Shown: positions 1 through 11,387 of the stretch, piece after piece | Layout of the letters: each line of letters begins with the position of its first letter | Position numbering within the stretch: position 1 is the stretch's first letter | NCBI GenBank assembly: GCA_021613535.1 | Contig: CP075496.1 | Span: 8,742,001 to 8,806,000 of the forward strand | Reading direction: 5' to 3' | Length of the DNA stretch: 64,000 bases | Origin: Adineta vaga | Taxonomy: Eukaryota; Animalia; Rotifera | Notes under the pieces: model-generated | Databases searched by the model: none | What the model was told of the DNA's origin: nothing | What the model saw: only the letters and a program-made list of their open reading frames with translations | Translations under genes and position numbers: made by a program

Positions 1-454
1 TGTCGACTAACAGTAGTAACATTGAAAAAAACGACTTCTTTACTACACTTGCCTACCATCCTTGCCATTGAATATTTACTTATTTCTATCATTTTTTGAC
101 TTTTTCGTTCCTTTTATTCCATGTTATCAACTGATAACTATTTCATTTACAACTTTGTCATATGTTCAATCTATTCTTTAACGAGATAAGTCTCATGTTA
201 ATATTCTTTCAATAGTAAATACATGAACATACATATTGGAAATCATAAAAACAAGATATAATAGTATTTTTCTTCAGTTTATAATTACATTGCATGTCAT
301 AATCCTTTTTTTCTCATTTCGATTATTTGCATTGTTATTGGAAACCATTAATTAGGTTTTTTTCTTCTTTTCTATTATTGATTTATTTTAATTCAAAAAT
401 AAGAATTTAAATCGATATTATATGATTAAATTTTCTTTCGTTCTTTTTCCTTTA

Positions 455-1219
455 GATAATCATCCAATGGTGAATATGTCTAGTAGTAATAATAGCACAC
501 CACGTTCAACATCTCGTCAATATTCACCAACAGGAATCAATACAAGTCCTGGTGCTCGTTCAACTATTGATGAATTTCGTGAAATTGTACGTGAACAATC
601 TTTTGTCCTTCCAAATAATTCGTCATCTGAACAAGTTCCAGTAAAACGATATCCACCATTACCTGATATTACCGTACCAAATAATCCCTTCTTTCGTACA
701 GAAGCCACTTTAACTACGCCAAAATCCACTCAACCAAAAAAACAAATGTTCTACCATTTTGCACCAACACAACGAGCACATTTACCAGCATTAAATAAAC
801 GTAATAATTTACCGACAATGTCTAATGTTATGGACCTAGACGAAGATCTTCCTCAATGTCATACAACTATTGCACATCGTGCAGCGACATATACATCACC
901 AGGTGACCGAGTTATATCACCGATCAAAAGACCGTCAGCACCTTCACCACCGGCAAGTGCACATTTGAAACGACCTGGTCAAAATACTTATGCTTATGGT
1001 GATGACGATGATGAGAATTATTCCGAATTAGAAGAAAACGATGATGATGATGATAGTCAATCATTTGACGAACAAACTTATCGTTATAATCAACAACCAG
1101 TAACAATAATGAATCGTCGGATCGATCATTATAGTCAGGATAACCGTTTTATAGATATGAATCATACTCATCATAATGAACGTTCGCATCCATTGAACGC
1201 AATCAGTTTTGAACCGTGA
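455..1219 (+). CDS. Coding exon of a low-complexity, probably disordered S/P/D/N-rich protein of unknown function
   Basis: Open frame after a pyrimidine-rich acceptor (ttttcctttag, ends 454); first ATG at 468; acidic tract DDDDENYSELEENDDDDD; AT-rich 3' UTR follows. Confidence 0.6.
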   Translation, partial: DNHPMVNMSSSNNSTPRSTSRQYSPTGINTSPGARSTIDEFREIVREQSFVLPNNSSSEQVPVKRYPPLPDITVPNNPFFRTEATLTTPKSTQPKKQMFYHFAPTQRAHLPALNKRNNLPTMSNVMDLDEDLPQCHTTIAHRAATYTSPGDRVISPIKRPSAPSPPASAHLKRPGQNTYAYGDDDDENYSELEENDDDDDSQSFDEQTYRYNQQPVTIMNRRIDHYSQDNRFIDMNHTHHNERSHPLNAISFEP

Positions 1220-1837
1220 AAATTGATAAATTTGTTTTATTCATAAACAGAATTTCTTTTTTTTCTTATTCTTATTATTGAAGAATGAAAAATAGATTTT
1301 GATTTTTCTTTTTATTTCGAAATTTTCTGTTAGATATATATAAATAATAATTTGATATCGGTAAATAAAAACATTAAATTTCAATGATCTAATTCTAATA
1401 AATTCTTACAACTTTTGTAGTTAATAATAACATAGAATATTGCTACTATGACGATATGAATATATTAGAAAGAAAAAAGTTGTAATTGTAAAAGTAGATG
1501 ACTTTCTCATCCATTATGTCAAATACATCAATAAAATTCAATTTTGATTTTTAAAGAGATTATTGAATAAACTATATGATACATTTCTTTTTCAAGTATT
1601 TGATAGTTTATTTATATTGATACAATAGAATTGATTGAAATATTCTTTCTTTTATATGTATATCAAGTTGTATAATCTCTCGTACATAAGCTATAAAAAT
1701 GACGAAGGTTATTGATTTCTTCTGAATGAAAGAAATATTGAGATTGATTTGTCAATACTGTATCTAGATTCCTTTTCTCATTTTACTCTAAGAGACATTT
1801 GTATTTTATGATCAATGATTTGTACATGAATTGAATT

Positions 1838-2260
1838 ATGTTGGTTGGTATCATTTTCTTCTGTATGTTTTATCAATCATTCTTTTCTTCTCTTTAAATT
1901 TTTTTCTTTCATTTTAGTAGCTTTGATTCCAATTAGTACTAGTCTTCAATGTTATGCTTGTGGATTTTGTAATGATCCATTTAATATTGAAAATGCACCC
2001 ATACTTGTTTTTCCAGACAAGCAAAAACATAGTTGTACAGTAAGAAGAAGAAAAAGACAAAATAAGAATTTTTATTCATTTTCGTATAGAAAGAACATAC
2101 AATGTATGGAATCAATCGAGGTATGACAACGTTATGTAACAAAACGAATACAGACTTATGGTGTTGTCAAACAGATCTATGTAATGGTAGTATAAAATGG
2201 TCATCAATGAAATTCCTATGTTGTATTGTAACTATTATTATAATGATTTGTTTTTTTTAA
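1838..2260 (+). CDS. Ly6/uPAR (three-finger) family small protein, probably GPI-anchored; 3 exons
   Basis: LQCYACGFCNDPF start and WCCQTDLCN end motif followed by a hydrophobic tail; introns about 1848-1917 and 2040-2088 (GT..AG); start codon uncertain. Confidence 0.75.
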
Positions 2261-2733
2261 ATAAAACTAATATTTGTAGTAGTAGAATTTTTATGTAATG
2301 ACTTTTTTGAAAATAATCTTTAATTATTTGATAAGAATTGTAGATAAGGATAAAAAGTTTTCAATTTATCAAAGAAATTATCTTTCTCTCTGAATATATA
2401 TATATATGAGTCAAACAGTCGTTGCATTGCTTTTTCGCAAATTAACTAATAGATTCGTTTTAATGATATTACGTTGGCAAATTCGTAGGTATGGTGTTTT
2501 TTTTCCAACTAAATAAGAGCATTTGTTGAAGAAATAAATTTATTTTGTCTTATCGAAAATGAAATTTCCATGTTTTATTAAAAGGAAAAAACATTTTCTT
2601 ATCACGTTATTTTTCTTCCTTTCTCGAAAAAGTATGTTGGAAAGAAACTAAAACGTAAAAGGAGTGTTTCGTTTTCTTTCAACGATAACAAATCGACGAA
2701 TACTAAGATGATTCATTGAAATTGTCAACGTTG

Positions 2734-4770
2734 ATGATGAAGAATACAGATCAAAATGAAAATCTTGAAACATACTCTCTAATTTGGTTAGATAGTTGTG
2801 TCAATCAAACAGCAGAAAACCTTCAAGCTCAACAAATTCTTCGAACTTCAATTCATCATTTATTAACATTCGATGATGATCAATTATGTCTGGAATATAT
2901 TGATCATCTTTCATATAATGATCGAATAGTATTGATTGTCAGTGGTCGATTAGGTCAAATAATCGTTCCTCAAGTTGTCCTTCTTCGACAAATCGTTTCC
3001 ATCTATGTTTATTGTATGGATAAACAAATCAATGAAGAATGGACTCAACATTTTTCCAAAGTAAAATTCTCCGTAGTGAAAGTAAATAAATATTTGTTTT
3101 CATAGGTAAAAGGTGTATTTACACGATTAAATGATCTTATCGAACGAATTCAATCTGATCAACTTCATCGACAACAATATCAACGAAGTGATGAATCTTT
3201 AACTATTAATATATTTAAATCAAGTAATTCTAAGGAAGGACAATCAACAACTGGATCCAATGGACAATTTATTCATTTTCATTTATTAATCGATTGTTTA
3301 ATTCGTATGAAGAGAACATCAAATGAGAAAATTGAATTATTTAATTTTTGTAAAGAATATTATAAACATAATCCTACTGAATTAGATCTTATTGAAGAAT
3401 TTACTAAAACTTATTCATCCAATCAAGCAATATGGTGGTATACACGAGAATGTTTTCTCTTTCGATTAGTAAATAAAGCACTTCGAGTGCAAAATATTGA
3501 TTTATTATACTTATTACGTTTTGTTATTGCTGATGTTGGTCAACAATTGATAGTTAATAAATGCTCATCATCAGTACGAGTATATCGTGCACAACAAATG
3601 TCACGAGATGAAGTTGAAATATTAAAAAATTCAATAGGACAATATATTTCAATGAATTCATTTCTCTCGACGAGTTCCAATCATCAATATGCACGAGGAT
3701 TTCTCTATTGTTCAGATGATAGCAATGATTTTGAACAAGTTTTCTTTGAAATTTATGCAAATCCTCAACTTGATCGAGTGAAAGCATTTAGTAAAATCAA
3801 TTCTCTTAGTTATTTTCCACATGAAGACGAAGTTCTCTTTATGGTTGGTTCAATTTTTCGTTTAGATCATATTTCTTGTGATTCCGAAGGTATATGGAAT
3901 ATTCGTATGGTTTTATGTGCTGATAATGATCATCATTTACAAACACTTTTTCAACATATGAAAAATGAATTCGATCATGTACAAACGAATACATTAATAT
4001 TAGGTCATTTATTAAGAAAAATGGGAAAATTAGATGATGCAGAAAAATATTATCGTCTTTCATTAGAAATCTTCTCTTATCATGATTCAAATTCAGCACT
4101 TTGTTATCATGCATTAGGACTTGTTGCAGATGATAAAGGTGATTATCAATCAAGTTTAATATGGTACAAGAAATCGTTAGATATCTTCTTGAGAATATTA
4201 GAATCAAATGATCCAAATCTTGCTCTTCTCTATAATAGTATTGCTATTATTCATCAACAAAAACGAGAATATAATCTTGCTTTAGAATCCTATGAAAAAG
4301 CATTAACAATATGGAAACAAGTTTTTGGAGAAGATCATCATCGTGTGGCTATTTGTTTGAATAATATCAGTAATGTCTATCGGAATGAAACGAAATATTT
4401 ACAAGCATTAGAATGTGTCGAAAAAGCATTAGTCATTCTTCAAAAACATCTTCCTGCTGATCATTCTGATTTAGCTTCGTCTCATGGAAGTATTGGAAAC
4501 ATACATCTTTGTCTTAAACATCATGATCAAGCATTGAAACATTATAATTTATCATTGAAAATCTATCAGAAATGTCTTCCCTATCAACATCCAGATATAG
4601 CAATAACATTAAGTAATATTGGCAATGTTTATGAAGATAAAAATGATTATCAACAAGCATTATATTATTTTAAACAAGCAGAAGCAATCTATCGAAATTT
4701 ATTACCAATAACACATCCAAATATAATTCAAATTGAACAAAATATCAAACGTGTTTCATTAAAATCTTGA
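2734..4770 (+). CDS. ADP-ribosyltransferase-TPR protein: receiver-like N-domain, R-S-E class ART domain, about 6 TPRs
   Basis: A 45-nt intron 3061-3105 joins ORF 2716 to the frame of ORF 3307. ART motifs VYRAQ, FLSTS and HEDEVLF are intact. 42-aa TPRs (e.g. HPDIAITLSNIGNVY). Confidence 0.9.
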
Positions 4771-5066
4771 GAGTGAGAGTATGAGAAGTTTTGGCACGAT
4801 TGTATAATTCAAAAGCATCGGAATATTAAGTATAGAATGTATACAAGTTCTCTCTCTCAATAAGATGAAGATAGTCTGATAAAAAAAGCCGTGTTTTGAC
4901 TCATTATATCATCTCAGTTATATAGACCTATAATCATTAAATGAAACAAAGGTTAAGAAATTTTTATTGTTAATCAAGAAAGAAAAAAAGGCTAGTATTA
5001 TGAATAAGCTACGTAATAAAGTTTCTACATAATTAATGTTTTGTATGTAGTTTTATTGAATAATTT

Positions 5067-5294
5067 TCAACCAAGTTTTGGTGTACAACAACAATAATTC
5101 TTGTGTGAAAACCAACAAGTAAGACCATCTCCTTTATTACTTTCTAATGTTTTTAAACATCCATCAGGACACGAATTGCCAACGAAACAAAATGGAGCAA
5201 TACCATGCCATGAGCATATAGCTTCAACAGATCTCATTGCAATAGTTGCAATCACGAGTAACAAAATTGTTGTTCGAAGTAATGATGAAGTCAT
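5067..5294 (-). CDS. Secreted 8-cysteine peptide, paralog 1
   Basis: Signal peptide ending VEA, then ICSWHGIAPFCFVGNSCPDGC...GDGLTCWFSHKNYCCC; paralog immediately adjacent. Confidence 0.85.
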   Translation of the reverse strand: MTSSLLRTTILLLVIATIAMRSVEAICSWHGIAPFCFVGNSCPDGCLKTLESNKGDGLTCWFSHKNYCCCTPKLG

Positions 5295-5717
5295 AATATC
5301 TGAAAATAAAGCAAAAGAAAAGGATTAGTTGACTCGAACTATAATTCATCGTCTACGAATTACTTATGTATAAGTTAAAAAGAGAAAAGATATATATATA
5401 TATATCTACGGTATATGTTATTTTCTTTCCTCGATATATGTATCACGCGTATTGGAATTGTATTGCGTCGTAGTCTAATAAACAAACGGGGTGTGTACGA
5501 GATAACCTACTATATCACTCGATGAAAGATATGTATGCAGAAAGGAAATATGTAGAATACTGATAAGAACAAGAGAGGAAAATTTTTTCTCATACATATA
5601 TGAACAGAAGAGAAAGAGTACCTATTCTTTTTTGTCATAGAAACCAAAATGATTTGTATTATAGATCGATCAAAATTGATTTTAATATCTTTATTTATAT
5701 GTAAACAAAAAAAGACA

Positions 5718-5969
5718 TCAATTTAAATTGATTATAGAATCGATCATTTGTTTTATACAACAACAATATTTCTTTTCATCAAGCCAACAAGTTGCACCAT
5801 CACCACGATTATGACTTGTGATATGCCAACAATTTTCTGGACATGAATTTCCGAGAAAACAAAATGGTGCTATACCATACCATTTACATACTTGTAAATT
5901 AGTTACTGTAGATAATGAGGTTAACAAAAGGAGAATTATAATATACATGAAACGATGATTATTCATCAT
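5718..5969 (-). CDS. Secreted 8-cysteine peptide, paralog 2
   Basis: Signal peptide, then VCKWYGIAPFCFLGNSCPENC...GDGATCWLDEKKYCCC; same Cys spacing as 5067..5294. Confidence 0.85.
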   Translation of the reverse strand: MMNNHRFMYIIILLLLTSLSTVTNLQVCKWYGIAPFCFLGNSCPENCWHITSHNRGDGATCWLDEKKYCCCIKQMIDSIINLN

Positions 5970-6324
5970 CAGATAATCTATAGTTTTGAAGCGTATGAAT
6001 GATTGCTATTTATATCCATTCATTCATCTGTGAGGTGTATATTATCTGGCGGACGGATAATGTATTCTATTTCATTAACAAATCAACGGTGAAAGTTCAT
6101 TCGGTCAAATTGTATATCTCTTCTTCATAAGACATGCACGTGTCCGACAAAGACATGATGTTTACTTGTAACGAATTGAAAATACTGATACAAAAAGTTT
6201 TATACAATATTATAATCGTGACCAAAAATTACTATCAGATTTCTTTTTCGATAACCATTATCATCTAACCTTGAGTTTCTCTCACCTATATTTACCACTA
6301 ACATCAACTACAGATAAACATACA

Positions 6325-7335
6325 ATGTTTTCAACAAAAGGACTTAAAAATGGATGTACGACATGTGGGAAAATGGTTGGTATATTCGCTTGTCGTGGAT
6401 GTTCAGAAAATTTTTGTTTATCTCATACTACAGACCATCGAGAACATTTACAAAACTCTATGAATGAAATTATTTATAATTATGAACAATTAAAACGAAA
6501 TTTAAAAGGACAAACTGTTGAACAATATCAAATTTCTTTAATCAAACAAATTGATCTATGGAAACAAGAATCCATTGATAAAATTCATCGTCTTGCAGAA
6601 AAGATTCGGCAAGAATTAGAAATCACTGTTCGACATCGTACAGATGATTTACAAGAAAAATTAGATCAATTACAACAACAATTTGATAAAGCACAACGAG
6701 ATGGTGGTTTCTATGAAAATGATTTAAAAGAATGGACAAATATACTTAATAGATTACAACAAACCTATGTTGATAATCAAACATTAAAAATCAAGGAAGA
6801 TTCTCATTCAAGGTCATTTATAAAAAGAATAACATTGAATGATTCATTTGAGAACTCATCGATACATGATCATCAGAACAATATTGATGATGATGAGGAT
6901 GATAATGACGATCAGCAACAGCACCATCAATCACAACAAAATCATATTTCTCAAAACTCGGATGAAATGAGTGGAGAAACAGAAAAATCGGAATATTCAT
7001 TTAGAATTCAAGAGTATACAGATGCAAGTTCAGTTTTATTTGGAATTATATCAAAAAGTTCATCTGATAACGAAGATCCATATAATAATCCAACATTTTT
7101 TGGTTGGAGCGATAAAGATCGTGTTTACTTAGGTGGATATTTCCAAGAAAACTATCAAAATTATCATAGTGATTTTCAATCGAATGATATTTGTATATTA
7201 ACGATTGATTCTGATCAAGATAGAATAACTTTAGAAAATAAACGAACGAATTCTATTCATGAGTTATATGTTGATAGACAAAGATGTGCTTTGCCTTGGC
7301 AAATTCATGTACGTCTTTATGATGAAACGGATTGA
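6325..7335 (+). CDS. RING-less TRIM-like protein: B-box-like Zn finger, coiled coil, partial SPRY/B30.2-like domain
   Basis: CTTC..CRGCSENFCLSH..H; coiled coil; C-terminal FGIISK, FFGW, LTID, LPWQIHV; first ATG at 6325. Confidence 0.8.
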   Translation: MFSTKGLKNGCTTCGKMVGIFACRGCSENFCLSHTTDHREHLQNSMNEIIYNYEQLKRNLKGQTVEQYQISLIKQIDLWKQESIDKIHRLAEKIRQELEITVRHRTDDLQEKLDQLQQQFDKAQRDGGFYENDLKEWTNILNRLQQTYVDNQTLKIKEDSHSRSFIKRITLNDSFENSSIHDHQNNIDDDEDDNDDQQQHHQSQQNHISQNSDEMSGETEKSEYSFRIQEYTDASSVLFGIISKSSSDNEDPYNNPTFFGWSDKDRVYLGGYFQENYQNYHSDFQSNDICILTIDSDQDRITLENKRTNSIHELYVDRQRCALPWQIHVRLYDETD

Positions 7336-7910
7336 ATGACTTTGAAAAACTTTTTATCTATTCGATTTGATTTTGTGATGATTTTATTCAAGAATAAAAG
7401 AAAATATTCTTTGAAATAATTGTGGTTTTTGTCATCTATATACTTATCATTTACATCTACCAGACCATAGTCAAGATTCTTATTATCTTATCAGTTTTTG
7501 TTACAGTTGTAAATGATATTTCGTTGTCAAAGAAAAAGTAACTTTCTGTAAAATCATAGAAAAACTTTTATAATACTATTTTCGAGTAATATAATTTTAT
7601 ATATAAGACTTTCAAAACAAACTACAGTCACAATTAGCTTATATTACTTTCGATTTACTCTCCCACACTAACGTACATAGGAGATCATTGGAGAACTTCA
7701 ATCTATTGATTCACCATTCGCTAAATTCTTTTCATCATCATCTCAAATATATATGATAAAATCTTTTCGTCATATCACCTTACAAATAGTTCCTTTTTTT
7801 TCAAATCTTTGTATTCTTTCATATTATTATCAACTTACAAAGATAAATAACATTTACCTTGTATTTTACTCTTATTCTTTTGTCTTTTTTGATATTGAAA
7901 CATCTTATAA

Positions 7911-8888
7911 ATGTCTATAGTAAGACCAAGGAGAACTTCTTGTGCATCATGTGGTCAAACAGCTGCATTATTTACTTGTCGTGGATGTTTAGAAAATTTT
8001 TGTTTACGTCATACGAATGAACATCGAGAAAGTTTGGATAAACAAATGAAACAAATTTTCTATTCACATGAACAATTACAGCAAGATTTGTTAGAACCAA
8101 AGAATGAACAATCTTGTCAATCACTTCTTGAACAAATTGGACGATGGGAACAACAATCACTGGCAAAAATTCGTCAAGTTGCAAATGAAACACGTGATCA
8201 AGTCTTAGAAATTGTTCGACAACGAAAAGATAATCTCAAAGAGAAATTAGATCAACTAACTCCACAATTATCGAAAGCTAAACAAGATGGAGATTATTTT
8301 GAAGATGATATTAAAGGTTGGTTAGAAAAATTACAAAAATGTCAACAAATCTTTCATGAACAACAAAAAGCGCAATTGTATTTTGTAAGAAGTACAGTTC
8401 CATTTATATCGAAAATATCTCTAACTGAAATGTTAAATGATGGATTTACGCAACAATTACCTGAAAGTATATATCAGAAAGATCCAAGACATTATAGTGA
8501 AGATCCTCGACCTCAAAGAGAAAATGGAGATTTTTCAGCAGGTGAACGTGCATTACGATTTCAAGTTGAACAATATGGTCCGAATAGTTCGATTTTATTC
8601 GGAATTGTATCAAAAAATAGTTTAGATCATGAAGATCTTCATGATAATTCAACATTTTATGGATGGGGTTCGAAAAATCTTGTTTACCGTGGTGGTGAAA
8701 TTCAAGTAAATTATGATGGATATAAAACTGATATTCGAAGCGATGATATTATAGTGTTAACAATTGATTGTGATCGAGAAACGATTAGTTTAAAAAATGA
8801 ACGAACACATCGAACATATGTTTTACCAGTTGATCTGAGAAAATGTCCATTTCCATGGCGACCAAATGTTCGATTTATTGCAAATTAA
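7911..8888 (+). CDS. RING-less TRIM-like protein (B-box, coiled coil, SPRY-like), tandem paralog
   Basis: CASC..CRGCLENFCLRH..H; FGIVSK, FYGW, LTIDCD, CPFPW motifs. Confidence 0.85.
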   Translation: MSIVRPRRTSCASCGQTAALFTCRGCLENFCLRHTNEHRESLDKQMKQIFYSHEQLQQDLLEPKNEQSCQSLLEQIGRWEQQSLAKIRQVANETRDQVLEIVRQRKDNLKEKLDQLTPQLSKAKQDGDYFEDDIKGWLEKLQKCQQIFHEQQKAQLYFVRSTVPFISKISLTEMLNDGFTQQLPESIYQKDPRHYSEDPRPQRENGDFSAGERALRFQVEQYGPNSSILFGIVSKNSLDHEDLHDNSTFYGWGSKNLVYRGGEIQVNYDGYKTDIRSDDIIVLTIDCDRETISLKNERTHRTYVLPVDLRKCPFPWRPNVRFIAN

Positions 8889-9392
8889 CATGACATACTT
8901 CTTTTCAAATGATTCTTATTGATTTTTGTGTATTTTAATCGAATAAAACAAACCAAGATGTAATTCTTTTTCTTCTAATAAAGTATAGAAACTGTTTTGA
9001 TTTAATAAAAGTAATTGACAGGATTCTGTTCAAGACGAAAGTATACTTTCTTTTTGATAAAGCCAACTTTGACGAAACATATTGAGGATCAGTGAAAATC
9101 TCTCTTTTAGTAGTCATAAAGATTAAAAGCAAAGGAAAATAATTTTGTATTGGTTTCGTTCCGGAATTAAGTTTCAAATATCTCCATAAATATGATTGCT
9201 CCACGATATACCAGATATAGAAGATACTGCTCGATTTTCGTCAATTCTGAAAATTCCAGAACTGAAAGACATTGCTTAACAAAATCATAATCTTCATCTT
9301 TGGCGAAACAATTTTTGAAGAAATATTGAAAGTTTCTTATCATTTATTTATTTCAAAATCATATATAAAGGAAGAAGAAAAAAGTCTACTTT

Positions 9393-10478
9393 TCATTTGA
9401 CTAAATCTGGAATTTTGTAGATTTCCAAGAGAAGATTTCCTGGTAGTTTGCCAATTATTTCTCTTTTACGTCCATGTGTTATTTGCTGTTGTTGTTGTTC
9501 TTCATCTTCATCAATTCTATTCAATTCATTAGGATCAATTTCTTTTGGTAATTTATTTGCTGTTCGTATAATAACTAAATGTGAACGATCTGTTAATAAT
9601 CTTAAATTAAGTATATAACCATTTTGATCATGTAAATTAAGTTTATTAACTTGTCCATCAGATTCAATCAGACAAAGACAATCATCTGATGGCCAATGAG
9701 ATTTACATAGCCATGTATAATCACGTAATGATGTTATAATATCAAGTGCACATGGTTCATTTGTATGAATACGTTTAAGAAATTGAAAATTCTTTTCATC
9801 GGCAATAGAAAATAGATCAATAACATGACGATTATTTGTTAATTCCACATTGATAGCAAGTATTAATTGAGGACTCAGTGAAACTGATGAAAGTAAATCA
9901 GAATTTGTATAACCAAGAGATGAACGTGTATATGTTTGAATTAAAGGAATCGACGATGACGAAGACAATGTATGATAACGAAGTGATATACCCAAACCAA
10001 GATTAACAATCAGATGAGATGACCAACAAGCCATACGCCAAAATGGTGGACTATCTAAATAACAAAAAGAAAAACAAGATAATTTTGAAAAGGAAATGAT
10101 TAGAAACGAACTTTTTTCAAGACCTAAATCTAGGTCAATTAAATTATTTTCCTGATCGTATGTTGTCAAACGTTTCGATGTTAAAACAAGAAATCGATTC
10201 AATTGTGTACTCCAAACGATATCATGAATTTGTTCATGAGTTAAAACTTTATTTGATGAAATTGTTGTTTCAATTAATTGACAATTATTTTCTAAATCGA
10301 TCGAAAATGATCGAAGTCTACCATCATCACTGAGAAGAATTGAATTCGTTGTGGAAGATAATGATATATCAAATATTGCATCATAACATGTTGAAAGTGT
10401 ATGACGATGGATAAGTTGAGATGATACTAAACTTGATGATATAAGATTATCTGCTGATGAAGAAAAGTTAGTACCCAT
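9393..10478 (-). CDS. Predicted beta-propeller (WD40/NHL-like) protein with N-myristoylation-like start
   Basis: Repeated beta-strand blades (IHDIVWS, WRMACWS); in-frame 57-nt intron 10055-10111 (GTTCGT..TTAG on minus strand); N-terminus MGTNFS. Confidence 0.6.
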   Translation of the reverse strand: MGTNFSSSADNLISSSLVSSQLIHRHTLSTCYDAIFDISLSSTTNSILLSDDGRLRSFSIDLENNCQLIETTISSNKVLTHEQIHDIVWSTQLNRFLVLTSKRLTTYDQENNLIDLDLGLEKSSFLIISFSKLSCFSFCYLDSPPFWRMACWSSHLIVNLGLGISLRYHTLSSSSSIPLIQTYTRSSLGYTNSDLLSSVSLSPQLILAINVELTNNRHVIDLFSIADEKNFQFLKRIHTNEPCALDIITSLRDYTWLCKSHWPSDDCLCLIESDGQVNKLNLHDQNGYILNLRLLTDRSHLVIIRTANKLPKEIDPNELNRIDEDEEQQQQQITHGRKREIIGKLPGNLLLEIYKIPDLVK

Positions 10479-10889
10479 GTTTACTGAAACAAAGTGTTAT
10501 ATGGACGAAGAATATTCAAATGTTCGAAAAGAATGAAAAAGAACGTGTTCGATTAAAGACGAAGAAAAATACATTCGAATATAAACATCGAGATAATTCA
10601 TAATTAAATTAAAAGATGTCGAATGAAAACATATTTCAAAAATTTCAAATTAATCGATAAATTTACCTTGAAAATATTAATATATTTCGTTAACAAACGA
10701 ATGAAAACAAATCAATAGAAGAAACATTATACCAAAACACGTGGTCATTCGTATCGAGGGAGAAAGTTTTCTTTTTCTTTTTCTTTTTATTCGTTCTTAT
10801 CATTTCATGTTATTAGACGACAATTACGCATTACATTTTAACCTCATGAAGTCTCCTGCTATAGTTACTTATTCATAAACAATAACGTT

Positions 10890-11387
10890 ATGACTTATAC
10901 ATATGTCAATGAAGATCAAATTGATGTTGAATTAAAATGTTCGATTTGTGATGAACCATTTCAATCTCCGATGAATTGTAAATCTTGTGGAAATACTTAT
11001 TGTCAAATATGTATAGAAAATTGGATGAAACAGCAACTATCTTGTCCATCATGTCGGCAAATTGGAAATCAATTTTTGCCTGTAATTAGTCGTGTTGTAT
11101 TAAATCAATTGAATCGTTTATTAGTTCAATGTACCTTATGTCAACAAACGAATATTCAACGAAGTAATTTTAATGATCATATTTCATGTACATGTCCAAA
11201 ACAAATGGTTATTTGTACGGATAATTGTGGATGGAAAGGTTTGAGAGAGAATCTTGAAGAACATGTCAGATTATGTCGATTACAGAAGACAGTTTCAAAT
11301 CAAATGGAAAAATATTTTATGAAATTGATCGTTGTTATTTTAGCAATATTCTTGTTCTTCATATTCAAACGAAGTGAAAGTAAATAA
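10890..11387 (+). CDS. RING-finger E3 ligase with TRAF-type zinc finger and C-terminal transmembrane anchor
   Basis: CSIC..CKSCGNTYCQIC..CPSC RING; CTLC..H..C and C..CGW..LEEH..C zinc fingers; hydrophobic LIVVILAIFLFFIF followed by KR. Confidence 0.88.
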   Translation: MTYTYVNEDQIDVELKCSICDEPFQSPMNCKSCGNTYCQICIENWMKQQLSCPSCRQIGNQFLPVISRVVLNQLNRLLVQCTLCQQTNIQRSNFNDHISCTCPKQMVICTDNCGWKGLRENLEEHVRLCRLQKTVSNQMEKYFMKLIVVILAIFLFFIFKRSESK

